This document shows positions 1-7,813 of a stretch of DNA of 64,000 bases, piece by piece. The notes beneath the pieces were generated by a model that was given only the letters and a program-made list of their open reading frames with translations, did no database searches and was not told the DNA's origin. The first letter of the stretch is position 1. The number at the start of each line of letters is the position of its first letter. The translations under genes and the position numbers were made by a program. Source of the stretch: Candidatus Elulimicrobium sp. (GTDB lineage: Bacteria; Patescibacteriota; Minisyncoccia; Phycocordibacterales; UBA918); NCBI GenBank assembly GCA_020720815.1, contig DYNY01000004.1, positions 1,783-65,782 of the forward strand, given 5' to 3'.

Positions 1-37
1 TATTGTGTTGCGTAACAATAGTGTTGTATATTACAAT

Positions 38-160
38 AATAGCGGCGAAGCAAACCAAAAAATCCTTTCCTTCATTTCTTTCGCCTTGCGGCGGGGGGGT
101 CTGGGGGGAGCCGCAAAAAATGATAAGGATTTTTTGGGTTTGCTTCGCCGTTTCAGTCTC
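38..160. repeat. Structured ~120-nt repeat, copy 1. A long imperfect hairpin (about 44-149) has a 24-bp outer stem, an inner 7-bp stem and a G-rich apical loop (ggcgggggggtctggggggag).
   Basis: 5' arm ggcgaagcaaaccaaaaaatcctt pairs with 3' arm aaggattttttgggtttgcttcgcc. About 80% identical to a second copy at 2622-2742. Confidence 0.6.
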
Positions 161-494
161 CGAAAAGAGCAATCTTATTTTAACATTTTTGTTTGCTCTT
201 TTCTCCACCCTCACGGCGACCGAGGCGCTCTCGTATCCGCACTTAGTGGTAACGCTAACGTCCGCGAACCACACACAATCGCCTCCGCATAGCCCGCTCG
301 CATTCGCTCGCGCTGGCTGCTTCAGCGTTCTGTGTGTTCACTCGGTAACTTCGAGAGAGTGTGATGGTGACTCAAAGAATAATGGATTGTGCTAAAGCAC
401 AAACAAATCTGTATGTGCTTGACCCGCCCTCCCGTTCGCGCACAACAATCCCCATCGTTTTTAGAAGATATTATAAAAGGATGGGGATTGCTCC

Positions 495-1535
495 CTATTT
501 CTTTAGGGTCATCTCCATCTCTCTGAACCAAAACAAAATTTCTTCTTTTTTCAAAATTATGCCAATTGCAAGTGTCAGTCTTTTCTGCAAAAACCTATGT
601 AATGCTTTAGGAAATTTTTGTTTTTTTAGTTCGGCATTTTTGTAAAGAAGAAATAAGAAAAGATCGATATAGTATATTGGCAACAACTTTTCTGCCTCTC
701 GTCTTAACTTGACAGTACTAGCAGTTTTACCAAAGTAAGTCTTCAAAATTAAAACCTTCTCGTCTTCTGTTAGTTTTCTTCCCAAAGTAAACTGATAGAT
801 AAAATCCATTAGTAAGTAGGCAACATCATGCATTGGGTTTCCTATTACTGATGTTTGCCAATCTACCAAATACCAGTGGTTTTTATGCAAAAAATTCTCT
901 GGAAATGGATCGTGATGAATAACCGATTTCCCAGACAGTAAATCTGTAACTGTTGCCAAGTATTTTCTGTATATGTCTTTTTTTTCAAAAAATATTTTTT
1001 CTATATCACCACCTTTGTTTGACGAAATACTTTTTAGTCGCTGATTATAAAGTTTTGACTTCCTACTCTCATCTGCATCAATGCTAAAAATTTTTTGGGC
1101 ATCTTTTGTTACTTTGACCTTGTGTAGTTTCTTTACAGTTTCTACAACCCCTGAAAAGTCAGAATCGACCTTTGAGCTATCGTGAGCAATGTATTCCTCA
1201 ATGAGAAACTCAAAAGGAAAAAACTTTTTACTTGTATCAACAAAGTATACTTTTGGGGTTATTTCGTAGCTCTCCAAGAATTTCAGTACTTGGTATTCGT
1301 TCTTTATACTTATTACATTTCCTGTATACCAATCTTTATCTTTCCAAAAATTGAAACGCATTATCAATTTTTGACCATCTTTAAAAGTAAGAAGATAGTT
1401 TGCATTTGCTAGTCCTTTGCCAATTTCTTTTACTACTTTGAGTTTCGGCAACCCTATCAAAAAAGTATTTTTTGGATGGGGTTGTTTGGCAAAGAAATGT
1501 TTTATCTGTTTAATCGGAATCATGTTTGAAATCAC
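495..1535 (-). CDS. Aminoglycoside/choline-kinase-like phosphotransferase (APH fold kinase)
   Basis: 346 aa. Catalytic loop HHDPFPENFL (HxDxxxxN) and metal-binding LVDWQ (DWE-like) motifs typical of the APH/ChoK kinase family. Last gene of a 3-gene minus-strand operon. Confidence 0.55.
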   Translation of the reverse strand: MISNMIPIKQIKHFFAKQPHPKNTFLIGLPKLKVVKEIGKGLANANYLLTFKDGQKLIMRFNFWKDKDWYTGNVISIKNEYQVLKFLESYEITPKVYFVDTSKKFFPFEFLIEEYIAHDSSKVDSDFSGVVETVKKLHKVKVTKDAQKIFSIDADESRKSKLYNQRLKSISSNKGGDIEKIFFEKKDIYRKYLATVTDLLSGKSVIHHDPFPENFLHKNHWYLVDWQTSVIGNPMHDVAYLLMDFIYQFTLGRKLTEDEKVLILKTYFGKTASTVKLRREAEKLLPIYYIDLFLFLLYKNAELKKQKFPKALHRFLQKRLTLAIGIILKKEEILFWFREMEMTLKK

Positions 1536-2337
1536 GCTTTAGGTAATCAAAATGTACTGGTTTTGCTTGAATATCACGATTTAAGGATTTTATATTGATT
1601 TCATCACCAACAACTGGTATCTCAAGCTCAAAAACCTCACCAGTTTTTGGTCCACTTCCTCCTTGAATGCTTGTGACTCCGTCAGTTGCGTGGCTCACAA
1701 CATCGTCGAGTGTTTCCTCGTGTTCAAGCTCGACAACCACAATATGTTTGTCTACTTTTGGTTGAATTGTGTGAGCGACACGCATGAGAAATGCTAGCTG
1801 ATCTTTTGACCGTTTGTCAACACTTTCGGGTGTTTCTAAAACATCAACACCACCCTGCTTCCAATGCTGAGTAGCTGTGCTTCCATGCGGAACTGATTGT
1901 TTTAGACTTGATAGTAATTCCCTAAAAGCCGGTGCGTAAGCGGGCTCATTGTGGGAGATTGGTTGAGATTCTGAATTGAGTATATCCGTACTCCTAACTC
2001 GATACTGATCCTCTCGTTCTTTTGGGTCGTCCCAAACAGTAAATCCGCGGTCTATTAAATAATTTTTGACGATTTGCGCAGAGTCTCGTGTACGTTTTCT
2101 TGGGCTGTAAACGACACAAACAACGTCCTCATCTTTGTTGAGTCTTTGAGAAATATTTTCAGCCGATGCCTCAATCTCCTTGATACCTTGTTCAGTTAGA
2201 TCAATGGTGTCATCATCAGGTATGCCTTTTAATTGTTCATTATACGGAGTGTGCCCATGACGAACACGAAATACTTTTATATTTTGCCAAGACGGCTTTT
2301 CGTTTGATTCTATCCTGCTATTGGGAAGTTGTTCCAT
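1510..2337 (-). CDS. Histidine phosphatase superfamily protein (phosphoglycerate-mutase-like N-terminal domain plus an uncharacterised C-terminal domain)
   Basis: 275 aa. RHG motif (VFRVRHGHTPYN) near the N-terminus and an SPRKRTRDSAQ segment typical of the PGAM family. Overlaps the downstream kinase gene by 26 nt. Confidence 0.55.
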   Translation of the reverse strand: MEQLPNSRIESNEKPSWQNIKVFRVRHGHTPYNEQLKGIPDDDTIDLTEQGIKEIEASAENISQRLNKDEDVVCVVYSPRKRTRDSAQIVKNYLIDRGFTVWDDPKEREDQYRVRSTDILNSESQPISHNEPAYAPAFRELLSSLKQSVPHGSTATQHWKQGGVDVLETPESVDKRSKDQLAFLMRVAHTIQPKVDKHIVVVELEHEETLDDVVSHATDGVTSIQGGSGPKTGEVFELEIPVVGDEINIKSLNRDIQAKPVHFDYLKRDFKHDSD

Positions 2338-2338
2338 A

Positions 2339-2536
2339 TTATTTTAATAATTCCTCCATTGGAACGCCTAACGATTTTGCGATTTTTTGAATTGTCTGAA
2401 CGCTTGGTTTTGTAACTACACCACCCTCAATTTTTGTAAGGGTAGAGTATTTGATATTGGCTTTTTTCGCCAAGTCGTCTTGCGTTAAACCCTGTTTTGT
2501 TCGCACTCGTTTTATGTTCTGTGATATAGTTGCCAT
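2339..2536 (-). CDS. XRE-family helix-turn-helix transcriptional regulator
   Basis: 65 aa. The segment QGLTQDDLAKKANIKYSTLTKIEGG is a classic Cro/C1 HTH. The stop lies 1 nt from the phosphatase start. Confidence 0.75.
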   Translation of the reverse strand: MATISQNIKRVRTKQGLTQDDLAKKANIKYSTLTKIEGGVVTKPSVQTIQKIAKSLGVPMEELLK

Positions 2537-2621
2537 AGTATGCTACTTTTGATAGTATAGAAATATGAGTCATCACTTTCTTTGCTCACAAAACAAGCAT
2601 AGCAAAAATAGTGATATTTTT

Positions 2622-2742
2622 CAAATAACGGCGAAGCAAGACCAAAAATTTCCTTTCCATTTCTTTTTCCGCTTCGCGGTGGAGGGGTGGGGGGAGGAGA
2701 CGCGAGAAAAATGCAAGGAAATTTTTTGGTTTTTGCACACGC
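2622..2742. repeat. Structured ~120-nt repeat, copy 2. It is degenerate: the outer stem is eroded while the inner stem and G-rich loop are retained.
   Basis: Aligns with copy 1 (ggcgaagcaa.accaaaaa..cctttcc...catttcttt..cgc.t.gcgg..ggggt.ggggggag). The inner stem carries compensatory substitutions relative to copy 1. Confidence 0.6.
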
Positions 2743-2867
2743 GAGTCCGCGAGCGTGTCCGAGGCGCATTGGTTCGCATCACCACGCAATCGGAGCGTAC
2801 GAGGCAGTTTCAAGCCACCACGCGCTCCGCGCGTGCGAAGTGGGTTCGAGCAAAGGTTAATACATCA

Positions 2868-2983
2868 CCGCAGAAAGAAACTTCCGAATCCGAAAGGTGG
2901 GAAGAAGCCCGCGCCGAAGGCGCGGGAGTGGGCAAAAGAGCCCGTCGCTTCGCGACGAATTGGGACGGGACGGGTGTGGCGAA
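2868..2983. repeat. 116-bp inverted repeat, left copy (IR-L), GC-rich
   Basis: Exact reverse complement of 4430-4545. Imperfect similarity continues for about 16 more bp (2984-3000 vs 4413-4429). Confidence 0.9.
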
Positions 2984-3022
2984 ATGCGCGAATTTGTCTC
3001 TTGTTTCGTATCTAAAAGCAAT

Positions 3023-4675
3023 ATGAATATCAAACCAAAATATTTTCTATACGCGCGAAAATCGTCGGAAGATGACGACCGACAAGTGATGTCTATTGAG
3101 GCACAGCTTTTTGAACTGCGAGAATTGGCGCGTAAAGAAAGTCTTGAAATTCTTGAGGAATTTCAAGAGTCGAAAAGCGCAAAGACACCGGGGCGCGAGG
3201 TGTTCGGTGAAATGTTCGCGAAAATTGAGAAGTTAGATGGTGTTGGCATATTGGCGTGGCATCCCGACCGCCTCGCACGTAACAGTATTGACGGTGGACG
3301 AGTAATTTACGCCGTAGACACTCGCAAGGTTGTGTCTTTGCGCTTTCCGACATTTTGGTTTGAACCAACCCCGCAAGGGCTCTTTATGTTGCAAGTGGCG
3401 TTCGGGCAATCTAAATATTACTCGGATAATCTATCTGACAATATCAAGCGCGGCATCCGCCAAAAATTGCGACGAGGCGAATGGTTGAATTTAGCTCCCT
3501 TTGGCTACACCAATAATCCGAAGGTGAGAAATATTGAGCCTCATCCGACAAATGCTCGCGTGGTGAAGTTAGCTTTTCAAGAATACGCCAAAGGGTCGTA
3601 TACTTTTGTTTCGCTCGCGCAATTTTTAGCGGACTTGGGCGTGGTGACTCGCAACAAAACGCCACTTGCCAAAGTTTCCATCAAACGGCTTTTGACACAT
3701 CGGGCGTATCTTGGTTTCGTCAAACATGGTGACGAATGGTTTGATGGAAACTTTGAGCCAATTATTTCTCCGCAATTGTTTGAAGCCGTGCAGAAAGTAT
3801 TGCAAACGAAAGACAGGCCGCGCAAAAGGAAAATCAAGCATGATTTTCCTTTCACTGGACTTTTTCGATGTGGCGAGTGTGGCAGTATGATTTCCGCGCA
3901 GTGGGCGACTGGAAAATCTGGTGGTCGCTATCGGTATTATCGGTGCTCGAAAAAGCGCGGCCACTGTTCGCAAGCGTATGTGCAGGAAAGTGAACTTACG
4001 CGGCAAATCTGTGCACGGCTTCAAACAATCTCGCTTTGCGATCGCTATACCGACTGGATGTTGGACAAAGTGAAAATGTGGGAGCGCGAGGAAATTGGAG
4101 CGTCGCAAAGCGAGGTTCAAAATCTTTCTGATGGAATCAAAGCGAACGAGGAGCGCATGGAAAAACTGCTCTCGGCGTATCTTGATGGCGATGTACCGAA
4201 AGAGGTTTATCTCAAACGAAAAGATGTTCTCATGCGCTCTCTCGCCGCTTTGAAGGAAAAAATGAAAGATTTTGAACGCGGAAGAAATAATTGGGTCGAA
4301 CCCTTGCGGAAATGGATTTTAGATACGAAACAAGCCAATTTTTTGTCCTCCTCCTCTGATTTGTACCAAATCAAGTCGTTCGTCCAAAAAATCGGAACGA
4401 ACCCTCTGGTTCGTGACAAATCCGCCCAGTTCGCCACACCCGTCCCGTCCCAATTCGTCGCGAAGCGACGGGCTCTTTTGCCCACTCCCGCGCCTTCGGC
4501 GCGGGCTTCTTCCCACCTTTCGGATTCGGAAGTTTCTTTCTGCGGAGAGAGGGGGATTCGAACCCCCGATTGGGTTTCCCCAATACTACCTTTCCAAGGT
4601 AGCGCGTTCAACCACTCTGCCATCTCTCCATTATTATTTTACTTCAATAAATGTTACTTTAAATTAAATATTTAA
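3023..4675 (+). CDS. Large serine recombinase (resolvase/invertase catalytic domain, recombinase domain, zinc ribbon, coiled coil)
   Basis: N-terminal YARKSSEDDDRQVMSIEAQ serine-recombinase catalytic motif; zinc ribbon CGECG...CSKKRGHC; recombinase domain. Start chosen at ATG 3023 (MNIKPKYF). There is no stop until 4675, so the reading frame runs through IR-R and tRNA-Ser. The C-terminal ~80 aa are probably not biologically meaningful. Confidence 0.8.
   Translation: MNIKPKYFLYARKSSEDDDRQVMSIEAQLFELRELARKESLEILEEFQESKSAKTPGREVFGEMFAKIEKLDGVGILAWHPDRLARNSIDGGRVIYAVDTRKVVSLRFPTFWFEPTPQGLFMLQVAFGQSKYYSDNLSDNIKRGIRQKLRRGEWLNLAPFGYTNNPKVRNIEPHPTNARVVKLAFQEYAKGSYTFVSLAQFLADLGVVTRNKTPLAKVSIKRLLTHRAYLGFVKHGDEWFDGNFEPIISPQLFEAVQKVLQTKDRPRKRKIKHDFPFTGLFRCGECGSMISAQWATGKSGGRYRYYRCSKKRGHCSQAYVQESELTRQICARLQTISLCDRYTDWMLDKVKMWEREEIGASQSEVQNLSDGIKANEERMEKLLSAYLDGDVPKEVYLKRKDVLMRSLAALKEKMKDFERGRNNWVEPLRKWILDTKQANFLSSSSDLYQIKSFVQKIGTNPLVRDKSAQFATPVPSQFVAKRRALLPTPAPSARASSHLSDSEVSFCGERGIRTPDWVSPILPFQGSAFNHSAISPLLFYFNKCYFKLNI
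4430..4545. repeat. 116-bp inverted repeat, right copy (IR-R)
   Basis: Exact reverse complement of 2868-2983. Its right end overlaps the 3' end of tRNA-Ser by 3 nt. Confidence 0.9.
4543..4629 (-). tRNA. tRNA-Ser (anticodon GGA), type II with a long variable arm
   Basis: Reverse complement reads GGAGAGA..CTACCTTGGAAAGGTAG..GGGGGTTCGAATCCCCC..TCTCTCC-G. Acceptor 7 bp, anticodon loop TTGGAAA, T-arm GGGGG/CCCCC, discriminator G. CCA is not encoded. Confidence 0.85.
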
Positions 4676-4715
4676 GAGGCAACACCGATATTTATACCAT
4701 AGACCCAGAAAACAT

Positions 4716-5780
4716 CTATAATCGGACATCGTCTATCAATTTAATAATATTTTGTAGAGGCCAAGCAATAGAAAACATGTAGTCTGAAATATTTTCATCA
4801 CTTATATGTTCAATTGTCTGATTCATTTTTATATTGTCATCAGGATAAAGAATATATAAGCGATTTTTTATGAATGACAAGCGAATATTAGTATTCTTTC
4901 CTTTCCACCACTCATACAGATCTCGCATAAAATCTGGAGTCAAAATATAGCGTGTTTCCAACTCATTATCGGTAGTTACATGCAATAGATTTTCAAAATC
5001 ATTCCACTCCAGCACAGTTTCTCTAACCTCTGATTTTTCTTTATTATTAAAAAGTCCTATATCTATATCCATATTTTTCTTCTTTTCAGTCGTAATAAAA
5101 GTTTTGCTATGTAAATCATTCTTTAAATCAAAAATAACAAAATAACCATGAAATATATTATTTGTTTGCAGATTCTTTCCATTACCAGTCACATGTTTCG
5201 TATAAAGCTCGACTATTTTGATAAAAGAATTGTTGTAGTTAATTTTAAGGACATTATCTACCTGATTAGTGTTATGTGGTTCTCTAATTAATTCTGAACT
5301 TTCAAGATCTGCCAAAGCCGAAACAAGCTCTGGGGTTTCGTTTATTTTCGCATACAAGAAAAGCTCTTGCCAGACTGTTAATTCTTTATTGCTAGATTGT
5401 ACCTCTTCTTTTACTACACTACCATTTAACGTAAGGAGTGCTAGTACGCGTTTAAAAATAATTTCATTTACTCCTGCATTATACTGCCTTATTATTTTTA
5501 GTTTTCCAGAAAAATATCTAAAGCCAAACTTCAATCCAAAGAAAAATAACCCGGCCCAAATAATTACTAAAACTGTATTTTCGTTGATAACAACCAGTAG
5601 ATAGGACGACATGAAAGACAGCACTAACAATAATATGCCCTGTTTCTGCTCATTCCTTGCTCGCAAATATTCCGTCTCTAATTCCCCGATTGCCGATCTA
5701 ATTTCAGCCATAATTCTAGCCGAATCATTTGAAATTTTTTCTTTTAGTCCTATTGACTCGCTTATTTCACTTGTTTTCAT
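4716..5780 (-). CDS. Hypothetical membrane protein (two N-proximal TM helices followed by a soluble domain)
   Basis: 354 aa ORF with a hydrophobic stretch LLLVLSFMSSYLLVVINENTVLVIIWAGLFFFGL. Sits next to the lemA/htpX cluster. Confidence 0.4.
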   Translation of the reverse strand: MKTSEISESIGLKEKISNDSARIMAEIRSAIGELETEYLRARNEQKQGILLLVLSFMSSYLLVVINENTVLVIIWAGLFFFGLKFGFRYFSGKLKIIRQYNAGVNEIIFKRVLALLTLNGSVVKEEVQSSNKELTVWQELFLYAKINETPELVSALADLESSELIREPHNTNQVDNVLKINYNNSFIKIVELYTKHVTGNGKNLQTNNIFHGYFVIFDLKNDLHSKTFITTEKKKNMDIDIGLFNNKEKSEVRETVLEWNDFENLLHVTTDNELETRYILTPDFMRDLYEWWKGKNTNIRLSFIKNRLYILYPDDNIKMNQTIEHISDENISDYMFSIAWPLQNIIKLIDDVRL

Positions 5781-5783
5781 ATC

Positions 5784-6683
5784 TTATCGCCCCATCTCCC
5801 GTAAAATACGGATTCTGTCTTCGGCTGGTGGGTGAGTAGCAAAAAGTCCATTGATTTTTTGTCCAATTGATCTCTTTCCGCCTACACTATATGGGTCAGC
5901 AATAAACAAGTGGGCGGTAGCGTGTGAGACACGGCGTAGAGGTTGATGATTTTGGGAAATTTTTTCTAACGCTGAAGCTAGACCTTCTGGGTAGCGAGTT
6001 AAAAGAGCAGCTGAGGCATCAGCTAAGTATTCGCGCTTACGTGAAATAGCGAGTTGAATCATCTGAGCAGCAATCGGAGCGAGAATAATTCCAGCGATAC
6101 CAAGAATGAGAAATAAAGGATTGCGCTCTCTATCACTATCACCACCAAACATCAAGGCGCGAGAAAGAAAGTCTGCCAAAATAGCTACAAAACCAGCCAG
6201 CACCACTGCCACAGTCATAACCAACATGTCGCGATTACCAATATGTGACAGTTCATGAGCCATCACACCTTCCAGTTCATTTTTATTAAGCAAGGCCACT
6301 AAGCCGGTGGTGGCTGCTACTACCGCATGCTCAGGATCCCTGCCAGTCGCAAAAGCATTTGGTGATGGGTCATTTACTAGATAAATCTTCGGCGTTGGTA
6401 AGCCAGCGGTAATCGAAAGATTTTCAACAATATTATAGAGCTCTGGCGCCTCTTGTCTTTCTACCGGCTTAGCACCAGTCATACTAAGTACTAATTTATC
6501 AGAAAACCAATAGCTACCAATATTCGTCATTATAGCGAAAATCACCGCTAGATAAAGAATACTTGAGTCATTTAAATACCAACTAACCACATAACCAATA
6601 GCTATCACGGCTATCAAAAAAGAACCCATCAGGAACCAAGTCTTCCTGATATTACTATCTTGTTGTGTGTAAAGTGTGGCCAT
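5784..6683 (-). CDS. htpX: Zinc metalloprotease HtpX (peptidase M48B)
   Basis: HELSHIGNRD HExxH motif, N-terminal TM helices, 299 aa. Confidence 0.85.
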   Translation of the reverse strand: MATLYTQQDSNIRKTWFLMGSFLIAVIAIGYVVSWYLNDSSILYLAVIFAIMTNIGSYWFSDKLVLSMTGAKPVERQEAPELYNIVENLSITAGLPTPKIYLVNDPSPNAFATGRDPEHAVVAATTGLVALLNKNELEGVMAHELSHIGNRDMLVMTVAVVLAGFVAILADFLSRALMFGGDSDRERNPLFLILGIAGIILAPIAAQMIQLAISRKREYLADASAALLTRYPEGLASALEKISQNHQPLRRVSHATAHLFIADPYSVGGKRSIGQKINGLFATHPPAEDRIRILREMGR

Positions 6684-6696
6684 GATTTACCTAACT

Positions 6697-7080
6697 CTAT
6701 AGTGGAATACCTTGTGGTGTCTCATTAGATTTGTAGCCAATATCTTCCGACCAAAGTAAAAAATTCTGATACTTATAACGACCTTTACGCAGTAAGTTCT
6801 CTGACCGTACAGCCATTACTTCTTCATGGGTAATATCAAGTTGTTGAATTATTGTTTCAAGCACGACCATTAAATCAGAATATTCTTCAAGAAAATCTTC
6901 TTTGGTACCCGTCATTGATAGTGACGTAGCCTCTTCTTTAATCTTTTTGAAAAGCTCCTGCTGAAACTCTTGCATGTCAGTAATGCGACGTACCTCACAC
7001 TTTTCATGTTTAGCATGGATAATATCTGGGACATTATCGCGAATCAGCTTGTTGTAATACACTCTGGTGGTAACAGACAT
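6697..7080 (-). CDS. MazG-like nucleotide pyrophosphohydrolase family protein
   Basis: YNKLIRDNVPDII N-terminus and EE-rich helices typical of the small MazG-like NTP-PPase family. Confidence 0.55.
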   Translation of the reverse strand: MSVTTRVYYNKLIRDNVPDIIHAKHEKCEVRRITDMQEFQQELFKKIKEEATSLSMTGTKEDFLEEYSDLMVVLETIIQQLDITHEEVMAVRSENLLRKGRYKYQNFLLWSEDIGYKSNETPQGIPL

Positions 7081-7088
7081 AGTTAAAA

Positions 7089-7670
7089 TTAAAAACTTAC
7101 CTTAACTGGCTGTCGAGCTACTTCCTCTCCTTCTCCTAATTCAAAGAAAGCCTCTTCCTTGAAGTTAAAGATATTACCGACTATGTTAGACGGAAAAGAT
7201 TGAAGTGCAATCTTAAGATCACGAACATTGCTATTGTAAAAACGACGAGCCGCTTGGATTTTATTTTCAGTATCAGTTAGTTCCAACTGCAAACTTGAGA
7301 AATTCTGATTGGCCTTTAAATCTGGATAAGCTTCCGCTACAGCCAAAAGTTTTCCTAGTGAGGCACCGAGTACTGACTCGGCCCCGGCCATAGCAGTAAT
7401 CTGCTCTGGTGTGACATTGGTCGGGTCAACGTGAACCTGAGTTGCTTTAGCTCTAGCATTAGTAACTTCTTCAAAAACTCCACGTTCATGGGCTGCATAG
7501 CCTTTAACAGTTTCGATTAAATTTGGAATAAGATTATAACGACGCTTTAGCTGAACATCAATGTCAGCCCAGGCTTCTTTAGTTCGTTGGACCAGCTTAA
7601 CAAAAGTGTTGTACGCACCAATACCATAGACTGCAACCAGTGCCAAAATAGCGATAATAACCCAAGTCAT
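7089..7670 (-). CDS. lemA: LemA family protein
   Basis: N-terminal TM segment, then AWADIDVQLKRRYNLIPNLIETVKGYAAHE, a typical LemA core. Confidence 0.8.
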   Translation of the reverse strand: MTWVIIAILALVAVYGIGAYNTFVKLVQRTKEAWADIDVQLKRRYNLIPNLIETVKGYAAHERGVFEEVTNARAKATQVHVDPTNVTPEQITAMAGAESVLGASLGKLLAVAEAYPDLKANQNFSSLQLELTDTENKIQAARRFYNSNVRDLKIALQSFPSNIVGNIFNFKEEAFFELGEGEEVARQPVKVSF

Positions 7671-7758
7671 AAAATGAAATTAATTTAAAATTTTAACAAA
7701 CCTACATTCATTCACCCTTTAATATAACATGATTAGTTCCGAATGTTTATATATTTAA

Positions 7759-7790
7759 CCACAAAATCGCACTTTCGCGCGATTTTGTGG
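7759..7790 (-). terminator. Hairpin (12-bp stem ccacaaaatcgc/gcgattttgtgg) downstream of groEL
   Basis: Perfect stem directly after the groEL stop, followed by an A/T-rich tract. Confidence 0.45.
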
Positions 7791-7813
7791 TTGCTAAAAC
7801 TAACGATTTTGGA

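Larger units (their letters stand above)
1..4629. mobile_element. Composite integrative or invertible element next to tRNA-Ser. It comprises structured repeats, an HTH-phosphatase-kinase cargo operon, and an IR-flanked serine recombinase. The left boundary may lie outside the window.
   Basis: A recombinase sits next to a tRNA 3' end. Several GC-rich (about 60%) repeat segments lie in a genome of about 38% GC. The duplicated 3'-flank of the tRNA appears in inverted orientation. Confidence 0.5.

Noticed and set aside
3-395. Two overlapping plus-strand ORFs (130 aa and 95 aa) at the window start
   Set aside because: They lie entirely within the structured repeat and the GC-rich non-coding block. 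They have no start context or conservation, and are open only because GC-rich DNA lacks stop codons.
448-492. 10-bp stem hairpin (aatccccatc/gatggggatt) immediately downstream of the kinase gene stop
   Set aside because: No adjoining U-tract on either strand. It may be a weak transcript-stability element, but it is not supportable as a terminator.
2512-3026. Several 75-150-aa ORFs on both strands across repeat copy 2 and IR-L
   Set aside because: Mutually overlapping ORFs over repeated, GC-rich DNA. The same peptides reappear from IR-R on the opposite strand (4207-4623), which is an artefact of the inverted repeat.
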